Positions 8,559 to 17,376 are shown, numbered from the stretch's first letter. The stretch is DNA of 41,367 nucleotides from Vicinamibacteria bacterium (GCA_016650185.1 JAENWE010000043.1:1-41367), one strand, 5' to 3'. The notes: generated from the sequence alone by a model not told the origin. Program-made: numbers and translations.

Positions 8559-9131
8559 ATGAAGACTGACCTATCAGTCGCTGCTCCTCATTCCTGCGGG
8601 CGCCGTCGCTTCTTTGAAGTCACGGCGCTCGCCGGGGGAGCAGGACTTCTGGGCTCGATGCTGCCCGGCGGCGCCGTTCGTGCGGGCAGCGAGACCGACA
8701 TCCTGCTTCTGAGCTGCATGGATTTCCGGCTCGCGAACGAGACCGAGGACTACATGACCGGGCAGGGCCTGCGCGACAAATACGACCATGTGATCCTGGC
8801 CGGCGCTTCACTGGGAGTACTGACCGACAAGTACCCGGCTTGGGGCCAGGCTTTCCGAGAGCACGTCGATATCGCGATCAAGCTGCACCAGATCCACAAG
8901 CTGGTAGTGATCGACCACCGCGACTGCGGCGCCTACAAGGTGCTCCTTGGCGAGGACTTCGCGAAGGACCCGGCCAAGGAGACCACGATCCACGAAACCA
9001 AGATGAAGGAGCTCAGCGCGATCGTGAAGAAGGACTTCCCCACCCTGGAGGTCGAGTTGCTCTTGATGGACCTCGACGGCGTCGTCGAGAAGATCGGCGC
9101 GGGAGGCCACTTCACACGAATCGGCCGCTAG
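8559..9131 (+). CDS. Tat-signal protein with a beta-carbonic-anhydrase-like Cys-x-Asp-x-Arg ... His-x-x-Cys motif arrangement
   Basis: I trimmed the start to ATG 8559, which is preceded by GAGGGA at 8544-8549. The twin-arginine signal is SCGRRRFFEVTALAGGAGLL. SCMDFRL and IDHRDCGAYK lie about 59 residues apart, similar to the beta-CA zinc ligand spacing. Other beta-CA motifs are not evident, so the functional call is weak. Confidence 0.65.
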   Translation: MKTDLSVAAPHSCGRRRFFEVTALAGGAGLLGSMLPGGAVRAGSETDILLLSCMDFRLANETEDYMTGQGLRDKYDHVILAGASLGVLTDKYPAWGQAFREHVDIAIKLHQIHKLVVIDHRDCGAYKVLLGEDFAKDPAKETTIHETKMKELSAIVKKDFPTLEVELLLMDLDGVVEKIGAGGHFTRIGR

Positions 9132-9758
9132 ACGCAGCGCTTGCCGACACCGCGGGGCGCGTCTCGTAAACCAGGACGCCGCGTCTCCCGGACGTTCTCG
9201 AAGAAGGCCAGGGCCTCGGTCAACTGGTTACGGCGAAGCACCCGGCGCTTCCAGTGGGGCTGTGCGCAACCTGGTGAGCGACGCGGCGCCTCGGTCGTCT
9301 CGCGCATCCCGGCACTCCGTGGCAGACTCGTCATCGGTCCAACCCGCGAAGGAAGGTCGGCCCGTTTCGAGGATAGGATGGGCAGTTGCGTCGCGTCGCG
9401 GCCCGGGTCGCCGCCGCCGTGGTTCTTGAGGCCGGCAAGGCCGGACTGGGACGACGGATCCTGGAGAAGGACGTTGAGGCCCTGGTATCGACCAGCATGT
9501 GGGACCCGAGCTACGTTCCGTACGACCCGATGCCCTCCGACTGACCCTCGGCCCCCCGAGAGAGCTAAGGCACTCCAGAAGGCCGCGAGCGCCTCCCGCG
9601 ACCGCCTACGCCCTGGTCGGGAAAATCGGAAGCCCCATTTTGCTCCCGAATGTCGGCCGATACGCGCACGCCCTGGTCCGCCGAGGTGGTGGCAGTTCTG
9701 GCGTGAGTTCAGCTGCAACACCAGTCTCACCGTCGTCTCGATGCTAGTCTGACGGAGC

Positions 9759-10022
9759 ATGGTCGAAGCCACGAATCCGCTGGTCGAGGAAATTCGACGC
9801 GTGATTGTGAGTGCGGCCAGGCTCGAGATCGAACCCGGTGAGATCGGTCTCGACCAGCCATTACATGGGCCGGACAGCCTTGCACTTAATTCCATCGACA
9901 TCTTCGACATGGTGGCCGAGCTCGAAGGGAAACTCGGAATCCAGGTCCCGGACGAAGAGATACCGAGGCTCAATTCAGTCGCTGCGATCCTGGCCTTCGT
10001 CGAATCGCGCCGAAATGCCTGA
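9759..10022 (+). CDS. Acyl carrier protein (stand-alone)
   Basis: The 87-aa ORF reads ALNSIDIFDMVAELEGKLGIQVPDEE, which parallels ACP LDSLDTVELVMALEEEFxxEIPDEE. The phosphopantetheine Ser is probably in NSID. The stop overlaps the start of the next gene (ATGCCTGA, 10015-10022). Confidence 0.82.
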   Translation: MVEATNPLVEEIRRVIVSAARLEIEPGEIGLDQPLHGPDSLALNSIDIFDMVAELEGKLGIQVPDEEIPRLNSVAAILAFVESRRNA

Positions 10023-11271
10023 TCGCGTCGTCATCACCGGCCTCGGCATCGTATCCCCGCTGGGGCTTGACGCGAGAGCTCATTACGAGGCGGCGTGCGA
10101 CGGAAGGAGCGGAATTCGACCCATCGAACACTTTGACGTGACCGGCCTGAGGACGCGGTTCGCGGGCCAGGTCGACGGCGCCGGATTCGCCGCAGCCCTC
10201 GTCGATGTGGATCCAAGCAAGATGGACCGCTTCGCCCACCTGGCGGTCGTCGCCTCCCGTGCAGGTCTTGCCGACGCGCGCCTCCGGCCGGGTGAAGATG
10301 GTGTTCTGTCGGAACGTGTGGCGGTCTGCATAGGGACCGCCCAGGGCGGCCGAATCGCCGACGAGCAGGCGATGGAACGCTATTTCTCAGGAGGAGGCAA
10401 ATTCATGAGGGCGGCGGGGGTCCCGCTGATCATGCCGTCCGCGGCCACAGCATGGGTAGGCATCCTCTGCAACGCTCGGGGACCCGCCTTTCCCTTGTCT
10501 ACGGCCTGCGCCGCGGGACTGCAGAGCGTGGCCCTTGGCGCCTCGCTCATTCAGAGCGGGGCTGCAGATGTGGTGATTGCAGGCGCCGCCGATGCGCCAA
10601 TCGTCAGGACGATGATCCTCGCATGGTGCACCGCGCGCGCGACCTCGGCGCGAAACGGGGATCCGAGGTCGGCAAGCCGCCCATTCGACCTCGGACGGGA
10701 CGGTTTCGTGCTGGCCGAGGGCGCCGCCGCGCTCATTCTGGAATCCGCCGAACACGCGGTGGGCCGAGGCGCCCAGATCTACGCGGAGATCCGCGGGCAG
10801 GGTCATTCGTCGGACGGCTTCGATATGGTGGCTCCCTCGCCCTCAGGTGAGGGAGCGGCACGCGCCATGCGGGCCGCGCTCAAGAATGCGAAGGCGGAGC
10901 CGGATCAGATAACGATCGCGAGCGCTCATGGCACCTCGACCCGCATGAACGACGCCGCCGAGGCGACGGCCCTTCGCGAGGTCTTCGGAGAAAAACCCGG
11001 GCCCGCCATTATGTCGCTCAAGTCGCTTACCGGGCACGCGATGGGAGCCTCCGGAGCGATTGAAGTGGCGACCCTGGCCATGGTTCTGAAGGAGGGGGTC
11101 ATCCCACCCAATCCCAATTTGGTCGAGGTTGACCCCGCCTGCCGGCTGAACCATGTCGCCGGCTCCGCTGGTCGATACCAAGGCGGCCTGGCGATCGCCA
11201 GTTCGCTCGCTTTCGGGGGCGCCAACTCAAGCCTGGTTCTGGCTCCTTGGCCGACCCACGGGGCGTCATAG
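10015..11271 (+). CDS. Beta-ketoacyl-ACP synthase II family (FabF-like KAS)
   Basis: I trimmed the start to ATG 10015 (MPDRVVITGLGIVSPLG...). The active-site Cys is in PLSTACAAGLQSV and the two His are in SAHGTSTRMND and SLTGHAMGASGAIE. The length is about 418 aa. Confidence 0.9.
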   Translation: MPDRVVITGLGIVSPLGLDARAHYEAACDGRSGIRPIEHFDVTGLRTRFAGQVDGAGFAAALVDVDPSKMDRFAHLAVVASRAGLADARLRPGEDGVLSERVAVCIGTAQGGRIADEQAMERYFSGGGKFMRAAGVPLIMPSAATAWVGILCNARGPAFPLSTACAAGLQSVALGASLIQSGAADVVIAGAADAPIVRTMILAWCTARATSARNGDPRSASRPFDLGRDGFVLAEGAAALILESAEHAVGRGAQIYAEIRGQGHSSDGFDMVAPSPSGEGAARAMRAALKNAKAEPDQITIASAHGTSTRMNDAAEATALREVFGEKPGPAIMSLKSLTGHAMGASGAIEVATLAMVLKEGVIPPNPNLVEVDPACRLNHVAGSAGRYQGGLAIASSLAFGGANSSLVLAPWPTHGAS

Positions 11272-11375
11272 GGTCGAGAGAACCCGGGAGACCGGCGACT
11301 GCTTGGAAAAACGTCAACCGGGACGCCCGCTCCGGATACGGGAAGTCGATCATCAAGAGCATCTCAGGCCGACCG

Positions 11376-12572
11376 CTAGAACTTGTCGGCGCGCCAGGTA
11401 TGCGGGTACCCGCGCGGAAACAGGAGCGAGAGGAGCGAGACCACGCTATCGGGGGCGGCGAGGGCGGCCTCGCTCAGAACGACCGGCGCGGGCAGGGTGC
11501 CAAAAACAAGCCGGGTCAGAACGGCTCCGGGCAGCATCACCCGCATGCTCTCAACGCCCCGGGCAGGGTCTCCCATGACGCAAATCGCTTCACTGTTCTC
11601 AACAGCCAGGGTCAGGCGGATACTGGGTCCATCGGGCCGCGCCGCCAGGTAACGGCCCGACAGAACAGGCTCCAGCCTCTTGAGCAGGTTCGGTACGTTG
11701 ATGATCCTCGCCATTCCACCCCCTGAGGCGCGAAGCGTGACCTCCATCTTCGCTCCATAGCGCTCGGCGTGGGCCGCGAACGGGTGATCAGGCGGGATGT
11801 CCGCGCGAACGGATGGAGTCGGAAGACCGGTAATCCGAGGAAGCCAGGACACCAGTTCATCGAAAAACGAAGCGCTTCCTCCAATCTCATCGATATGCAC
11901 CAGTGCGTCTTCCAGGCGCAATCCCGCGTACCCCGAATCCGAGAGGAGGTAGCGGTCCGATTTTTGGTAGAGCCACGGCCACCGGACCTCTGACCGGACC
12001 AGCACTCCAGTACGGCCGACGTTGTTCTCCTGGTAAAGCCTCAGAAGGTGCGGAAGTTCCTCGGGAGTCAGTTCTCGAAGGTCGCCCCTTGCCGCCCCTA
12101 AAGGCGCCTCGAAAGTCAAAGCGTAATCCGGAGTCACCGTGACCCCGGCGAAGCGTTCGTAGTACCCACGGGTCGCCGTGAATCCAATCGCGATCTCGGC
12201 GCCATCGGCGCGGATCTGATCGAGGATCGTCTGGCCGAACCTCAGGGCGAGACCAATGCCGAAGAACTGGGGATCGATGACGAGACCGCTTATCCCGGCC
12301 GCGGGCACGAGCGTCTCTCCGATCTGCAGGCCCAGGTCGAGAAGCTGGAGCCGTCCCACCACCCTGCCGCCGGCTTCCCACAGGAAGCTTCGCTCGCGGC
12401 GCACGTAGGGGCAGGCATTGAGGGCGCCTCCAAAGAGGCTGTAGATGCGCTCGTACTCATCGCTGGCCAGAGCCCCCGCCAGGAGCTCAGCCGAGCGGCG
12501 AACATCGGCTTCGGTCGAAACCGTTCGCAGGGTAACCTCCTGGAGAGGCCTTCGTTGAGCGCCGGATGTCAT
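11376..12572 (-). CDS. Eis-like GNAT N-acyltransferase with SCP2-type C-terminal domain
   Basis: The architecture and motifs parallel mycobacterial Eis: VPAAGISGLVIDPQFFGIGLALRF (the Q-x-x-G-x-G acyl-CoA site), YYERFAGV and MARIINVPNLLKRLEPVL, with a C-terminal Phe. The probable start is ATG 12572 (MTSGAQRRPL...) and the track ORF extends to 12626. Confidence 0.72.
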   Translation of the reverse strand: MTSGAQRRPLQEVTLRTVSTEADVRRSAELLAGALASDEYERIYSLFGGALNACPYVRRERSFLWEAGGRVVGRLQLLDLGLQIGETLVPAAGISGLVIDPQFFGIGLALRFGQTILDQIRADGAEIAIGFTATRGYYERFAGVTVTPDYALTFEAPLGAARGDLRELTPEELPHLLRLYQENNVGRTGVLVRSEVRWPWLYQKSDRYLLSDSGYAGLRLEDALVHIDEIGGSASFFDELVSWLPRITGLPTPSVRADIPPDHPFAAHAERYGAKMEVTLRASGGGMARIINVPNLLKRLEPVLSGRYLAARPDGPSIRLTLAVENSEAICVMGDPARGVESMRVMLPGAVLTRLVFGTLPAPVVLSEAALAAPDSVVSLLSLLFPRGYPHTWRADKF

Positions 12573-12873
12573 GAGGGTGGGCGCGTCAGACTCCGGGCAT
12601 CGGGGTCGTCTCCAAGGTGGACACACCGGGGAGACAGGCCCGGTAAATGGCGGAGATAAGGCGATGAGCTGCGTTGCATGGCCGGCGCACCCCCGATCCT
12701 AAGCGGTCTCCGGCCCGATTACAGTCGGCCCTTTCGATTCTCGCAAGCCTCGCGGAGCGCTCTCGCGCGGTCGATGCTCAAGAATGGGGCGTCCTGTTGG
12801 AGATAGATATTTTCAGCGCGTGAATCGGACGACCTGCCATTGTTCTTCGGAACCGCGGTGGCCGACCCCGGGG

Positions 12874-13974
12874 TCAGCTCCGGCTGAAGATGACGCTGAG
12901 CATCTGGTCCTGGAACGTCTTTGTCCGGGCGATGGCTGCATCAAAGTCATCCTTGTCGAGCGCGTAGACCTCGACCGGACCCCGCGCCCGAATGGTGGCG
13001 GCCCGTGGTTCGCGGGAAATCAACGCCCGCTCGCCAAAGAAGCCCCCGCGCTGGATGGTTCCGACCACCTTGGGAGCGGTCGGACCTCCGGTTTCCACCT
13101 CCACCTCGCCCTCCCGCAGGACGTAGAAACGGTCTCCCTCTTCCCCGAATGTGATGATCGTTTCTCCCGCCTGGTACCTCAGCCGAGCCATTTTCTGGGC
13201 GACCTCCAGGAATTCCGAGGGAGTGCTGCCCGGGAAGAGTCCGGAGTCACGCAGGAGAGTGGCGGCATCTACAACCGGGGCCACCAGAACATTCGAGACG
13301 ATGCGCCCGTCCATCATGTGAACGATCCGGTCCGCCGCATCGAGAAGACGGCTGTCGTGCGTCACCATCAGAGCGGTCGAGCCCTTGCTGCGAACGAGTT
13401 CCTTCATCAGGTCAACGACATTCCGCCCCGTCTCCTTGTCGAGCGCCGCCGTGGGTTCGTCGGCGAGGATCAGCGACGGCCGGTGAACGAGCGCCCTCCC
13501 GATGGCCACTCTCTGGCGCTGTCCTCCGGAAAGACTGTCCGGCTTGTTGTTCAGACGGTGAGAAAGCCCGAGCCTCTCCAGGATCTCCCGAGTTCTTGAG
13601 TTCCTTTCGGTCGCCGGAAGGTCGCTTGAATCGAGCGCCATCCTCACGCTTTCGAATGCGGTGAGGGCGGGAAAGAGGTTGTGATGCTGGAAGATGAAGC
13701 CGATCTTGCGGCGGTAATACAGCAGGGCGCGGGTATCGAAATCCTTGAGCTCGTCGCCGCCAACCTTCAGGCTGCCCTCCTGCACCGAGCGAAGGGCGCC
13801 GATGAGACTCAGGAGAGTCGTCTTGCCCGAACCGGAAGGACCCGACATGATGACGAGTTCGCCCGGATACAGTTCCATGTTGTTCTGGCTCAGAACCTCC
13901 TTCCGGGCTTCGCCCTGGCCATAGGCAAAACTGAGATCACGAATGCGGATGAAGGGTTCTTGGGATTCACGCAT
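12874..13974 (-). CDS. devA: DevA-family ABC exporter ATPase fused to a C-terminal cyclic-nucleotide-binding domain
   Basis: The ATPase motifs are VIMSGPSGSGKTTLLSLIGALRSVQEGSLKV (a DevA-type signature), LSGGQRQRVAIGRAL and LILADEPTAALD. The C-terminal ~120 aa form a cNMP-binding fold with the phosphate-binding cassette FFGERALISREPRAATIRA. ATG 13972-13974 shares one nucleotide with the TGA of the upstream permease (TGATG). Confidence 0.85.
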   Translation of the reverse strand: MRESQEPFIRIRDLSFAYGQGEARKEVLSQNNMELYPGELVIMSGPSGSGKTTLLSLIGALRSVQEGSLKVGGDELKDFDTRALLYYRRKIGFIFQHHNLFPALTAFESVRMALDSSDLPATERNSRTREILERLGLSHRLNNKPDSLSGGQRQRVAIGRALVHRPSLILADEPTAALDKETGRNVVDLMKELVRSKGSTALMVTHDSRLLDAADRIVHMMDGRIVSNVLVAPVVDAATLLRDSGLFPGSTPSEFLEVAQKMARLRYQAGETIITFGEEGDRFYVLREGEVEVETGGPTAPKVVGTIQRGGFFGERALISREPRAATIRARGPVEVYALDKDDFDAAIARTKTFQDQMLSVIFSRS

Positions 13975-15110
13975 CAGAAGAGCTCCGCAGGGTCCGCCTG
14001 CAATACTTTGCGCAAGGCGAGAATGCCGGCGAACACACACATCGAGACCGTGAGTCCGGCCACCAGCGCCATCCGCGGCAGGGTGAGGTTGAGCAGAAGA
14101 CCGGTTGAGGCCTCGAGGACGCGGTAGAGGACCCACCCCGCGGCCAGGCTCGGAATGAGACCGACAACCGAAAGCAACACCGCTTCCACCAGCACGACCC
14201 CGATAATGTAGGCCTTGCCGAAGCCGATCGCCCGCAGTGTCGCGAACTCAGCCAGGTGGTCGGCCACCTCGGTGTAGAGGATCTGATAGCAGATCACCAC
14301 CCCCACCACGAAACCCATCGCCATGCCGATGAAAACGATGAGGCTGACCGGAGTGCCGGTATCCCAGTGCTCGAAATCCATGGCTCGGACCTCGTCTTTC
14401 GTGCGCACGGCGGCATCTCCCGGGAGGCCCGCGCGCAGCCCTTCAATGACCCGCTGCGGTTCGGCCCCGGGCTTCAGCTTCACCGCGATGAGTTCGATTC
14501 CGTTCATGGATTGGTGGGTGATCCGCGCGAACGTCTCGTCGCTCACGAGCAGATTCCCGTCGACCTCCAGGTCCGTGGCCATCGCAAAGGTTCCGACGAC
14601 CGAGAGCCCCTCCTTCTGGACCTGGGCCGGGCCAACCCCGATCCGACCCAGATAGCTCCTGGATCGGCTGTCGAGGAGAGCGGTGCCTGGTTGTCCAAGC
14701 AGTTTCGCCCCCGCACGGATGTCCGGGGGGAGAAACATCGGATCGTCCGGGCGAAAGCCCAGCACTCGGATGGGCCGAAAAGCGCCGTTCTCCAGGTTCT
14801 TCCAGTAAAGAAAGCGGAACCATAAAGGGTAGGCGGCAGCAACGCCCTCGACGGACAGCGTCTGTTGCACGCGAAGCAACGGAATGGTTTCCCTCTGGAT
14901 GGAGTTGTCCTTTTCTTTGTGCATGACCAGGATGTCGGCATCCAGGGACTCCAGGAGAGCAGTCACGCTGTCCAGCAGGGAATTCCTGAACCCCATCTGG
15001 ATTAGCATCAGGAAGACCGCGAAAGCGAGGGCGCCGAGCGAGGTTGCGAGGCGAGCGGGGTTGTGCCAGAGGAGGCGCCACGACAGCAGCACGGCCGATC
15101 CGGGATTCAC
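13974..15110 (-). CDS. devC: DevC-family (FtsX/MacB-type) ABC exporter permease, copy 2
   Basis: The N-terminus LLSWRLLWHNPARLATSLGALAFAVFLMLIQMGFRNSLLDS is typical of DevC. It is followed by a large periplasmic segment and a C-terminal FtsX-type helix bundle ending LQADPAELF. The start is GTG at 15110. Confidence 0.82.
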   Translation of the reverse strand: MNPGSAVLLSWRLLWHNPARLATSLGALAFAVFLMLIQMGFRNSLLDSVTALLESLDADILVMHKEKDNSIQRETIPLLRVQQTLSVEGVAAAYPLWFRFLYWKNLENGAFRPIRVLGFRPDDPMFLPPDIRAGAKLLGQPGTALLDSRSRSYLGRIGVGPAQVQKEGLSVVGTFAMATDLEVDGNLLVSDETFARITHQSMNGIELIAVKLKPGAEPQRVIEGLRAGLPGDAAVRTKDEVRAMDFEHWDTGTPVSLIVFIGMAMGFVVGVVICYQILYTEVADHLAEFATLRAIGFGKAYIIGVVLVEAVLLSVVGLIPSLAAGWVLYRVLEASTGLLLNLTLPRMALVAGLTVSMCVFAGILALRKVLQADPAELF

Positions 15111-15114
15111 GGGA

Positions 15115-16299
15115 CTAGAAGAGCTCCGCGGGATCGGCGGTACGGAGGCGACGCAGGCTCAGGAGGCCCGCGACCGTGCACATCGAGAGGCTCAGGAGGA
15201 GAACCAAGAGGGCCCGCCCGCCGCTCATGGCAATCGGGACCAGGGTCGCCCGATAGGCCGCGTCATACACAAGCAGCGCCAGGAGCAGAGCCGGCACGTA
15301 TCCCAGCGCCGCGAAAAGCCACGATTGCTGGAGAACGAGGACATACAGCCGACGGTTGGTGAAGCCCATGACCTTCATCGTCGCGTATTGGGGCAGGTGA
15401 GCGCGAATGTCCGTCGAGAGCACCTGGAACAGGATCATGGTCCCGACCAGAAATCCGACGACCGCGCCCATTTGAAAGATGGTCCCGATGGCGGTGTCCT
15501 CGACCCAGAATCGCGTCTGTCGATCGTTGAGTTGCCCCACGGTGAGGACCAGGGTATCCGGCGGCAGCACACGGCGCAGCCGGTCTGCAATCGCCTCCAC
15601 ATCGCTCCCCGCCTCGAGTCGCACGAGTCCCATATTGACTTCGTCCGCGGGTTGCCCATCGAACATCTGGGCGTAGGTCTCGTCGCTCGAAAGGAGTGAG
15701 CCGTCGGCCAGGAAACCCACGCCCAGCGTGTAACGCCCGACGAGATCCCTCATGCCTTCTCGAACCTCCACGGTCTTGAGGGTTTCGGTCGCTCCGCACT
15801 TTTCCTGGGTGAGCCGGTCGACCACGATGCTTCCGGGAGAGCCGAGCGCAGTCACCAGATTCGCGAGGCCCTCGATTCGGAGCGGCACCGCCGCAGCGAG
15901 GGGGAAGCCGATGGCGAAGAGGCTGCAGCCCCGCCCGGTCAACGGAGCCTTCCATCGCGCGATCCTCATGTAGATCGGGGTCACGCTCTTCACCTCGGGA
16001 ATCGATCTGGCCTGAAACAGGCGGCTGCGGGGCATCGAGCCCGAATCCGACAGATGAAGAAACTTCGCCGGTACCAGGACCAGATCCCCTTCAAAGCGGG
16101 AAGAAACCGCGACCGCGGTGGCGCGCAGCGCTCCCAGGAAGCCCAGTTGCAGGAACATGAAGAGGATCGCGAATGCGATTCCCGAGACCGCCACCCCGGT
16201 GCGCACCTTCTTGTGAGCGACCAAGCGGAGCGCCAGCCGCGTCGGCCGCGGGGAACCTGGGTCAGCCGTCGGCACGCGCGACGGCGAATCCGGGCTCAT
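15115..16299 (-). CDS. devC: DevC-family (FtsX/MacB-type) ABC exporter permease, copy 1
   Basis: The layout is the same as the neighbouring permease (SGIAFAILFMFLQLGFLGALRATA ... LRTADPAELF). ATG at 16297-16299 lies 1 nt after the devB-like stop. Confidence 0.82.
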   Translation of the reverse strand: MSPDSPSRVPTADPGSPRPTRLALRLVAHKKVRTGVAVSGIAFAILFMFLQLGFLGALRATAVAVSSRFEGDLVLVPAKFLHLSDSGSMPRSRLFQARSIPEVKSVTPIYMRIARWKAPLTGRGCSLFAIGFPLAAAVPLRIEGLANLVTALGSPGSIVVDRLTQEKCGATETLKTVEVREGMRDLVGRYTLGVGFLADGSLLSSDETYAQMFDGQPADEVNMGLVRLEAGSDVEAIADRLRRVLPPDTLVLTVGQLNDRQTRFWVEDTAIGTIFQMGAVVGFLVGTMILFQVLSTDIRAHLPQYATMKVMGFTNRRLYVLVLQQSWLFAALGYVPALLLALLVYDAAYRATLVPIAMSGGRALLVLLLSLSMCTVAGLLSLRRLRTADPAELF

Positions 16300-16300
16300 C

Positions 16301-17293
16301 CTACCGATCGCTTTGCAGGAGGATCTTGACTTGGCCTTCGAGATTTGTGAACCGGGCGGCGCTCACGCTGTCGTCAAGGGTCACGGTCACCTGAACGACG
16401 CGCGCGTTGTCCGGCGCGGTCGGGTCTTCGCCGAACACATTATTTTTCCCAACGAGGGCGCCGATCCTCGAGACGCGCCCCTCAACCGGGCCGGGCAGGG
16501 CCGCGCTCGTGAAGGTCGCGCGCTGGCCCACGCTGACAAGGTGCACATCGTTGGCGTGCACCTCCGCGAGCGCGGTCATGTCGGAAACCGCCCCGATCTG
16601 GGCGACGCCATCGGGCGCCCGCTCTCCGGGGCGGGCCAAAACCCGGAGGACGGTTCCGCTGACCGGCGCAACCACGGTAGTCCTTTCGAGGAGAATCCGG
16701 GCGCGTACCAGCTCGTTTCGGGCGTCCTGGGCGTTCAGCGCATTCGATCCCTCCAGGTATTTGAGATCGGCCCTGGCCGCCGACGCCTGCTCCTCGGCGC
16801 GCCGAGCCAGCAGACGTGTGGCGTCGAGTTGTTTCCCGGGCACCAGTCCCGCCTCCACGAGGCCTTTCTGCCGCTCAACGTCGGCGTTGTACTGAACCGC
16901 CTCCGCCTCGCTCAGCCGAACCCGGGCGCTCTGCGCGTCCATTTGAAGGGCGCCCAGCCGTCCGCGCTCGACCCGCAACTCCGCCGATCGGACGTCCTCC
17001 AGGCGCAGGGCGCGCGAAGCAAGATAGGCAATCGGATCGCCGGCCTTGACCGAATCCCCTTCGGCGACAAGAAGGCTCTGAACCACCCCGTCTTCGGCGA
17101 CTGCGGCGCGTACGACCTTGCCTGAAGGCTCCAGGCGGGCCATCGCGACAATCGAGTCTCGCTTCGGGGGAGCCTGAGGCGGATCGGACTTTGCGGCGCA
17201 GGCCGGGGAGAACGCTAATGCACTGACAATGGGAAACGCCGTTAGTCGTGCCCAGGCTGCGGGCTTGCCGAGCGGTTGAGCTTGCCGTTCCAT
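16301..17293 (-). CDS. devB: DevB-family (HlyD-type) membrane fusion protein
   Basis: The translation shows a lipoyl/beta-barrel plus coiled-coil pattern: ARLEPSGKVVRAAV...LLVAEGDSVKAGDPIAYL, VVAPVSGTVLRVLARPGE and the C-terminal NARVVQVTVTLDD, which is typical of DevB. I trimmed the start to ATG 17293 (MERQAQPL...). Confidence 0.82.
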   Translation of the reverse strand: MERQAQPLGKPAAWARLTAFPIVSALAFSPACAAKSDPPQAPPKRDSIVAMARLEPSGKVVRAAVAEDGVVQSLLVAEGDSVKAGDPIAYLASRALRLEDVRSAELRVERGRLGALQMDAQSARVRLSEAEAVQYNADVERQKGLVEAGLVPGKQLDATRLLARRAEEQASAARADLKYLEGSNALNAQDARNELVRARILLERTTVVAPVSGTVLRVLARPGERAPDGVAQIGAVSDMTALAEVHANDVHLVSVGQRATFTSAALPGPVEGRVSRIGALVGKNNVFGEDPTAPDNARVVQVTVTLDDSVSAARFTNLEGQVKILLQSDR

Positions 17294-17318
17294 TAAAGAG
17301 GCATCATAGACCCAATGG

Positions 17319-17348
17319 TTGCCACTCGGTTGGAGGCGTGGATACAAT
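17319..17348 (+). promoter_or_regulatory. Candidate sigma70-type promoter (TTGCCA-N18-TACAAT) for the TolC-like gene
   Basis: TTGCCA is at 17319-17324 and TACAAT at 17343-17348. They lie in the 83-bp divergent intergenic region, about 29 nt upstream of the ATG at 17377. This is a pattern match only. Confidence 0.3.
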
Positions 17349-17376
17349 CCTCGCTGTGGGCCAGCCAGAACCAGTC

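Noticed and set aside
9128-9973. A minus-strand 281-aa ORF spanning the unassigned gap and the ACP gene.
   Set aside because: Its upstream third overlaps the confidently recognised ACP gene on the opposite strand, and the translation is Ser/Arg-rich with no motif. Only the 3' ~200 nt might be coding, and that is reported as an open question rather than a feature.
9811-10014. N-terminal extensions of track ORFs. The same issue applies to 3652-3819, 8511-8558, 12573-12626, 13975-14136, 17248-17376, 17294-17347, 21506-21616, 23269-23379, 29576-29686 and 33867-33977.
   Set aside because: The extensions overlap neighbouring genes or divergent promoters and translate to non-conserved, Arg-rich sequence. 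Internal ATG, GTG or TTG starts give canonical family N-termini and fit stop/start coupling with the upstream gene. The exact starts remain predictions.
12864-12875. A GACCCCGGGGTC palindrome at the devA-like stop codon, considered as a possible terminator.
   Set aside because: It is a 6-bp stem with no loop and no T-tract, and it overlaps the stop codon. It is not a credible intrinsic terminator.
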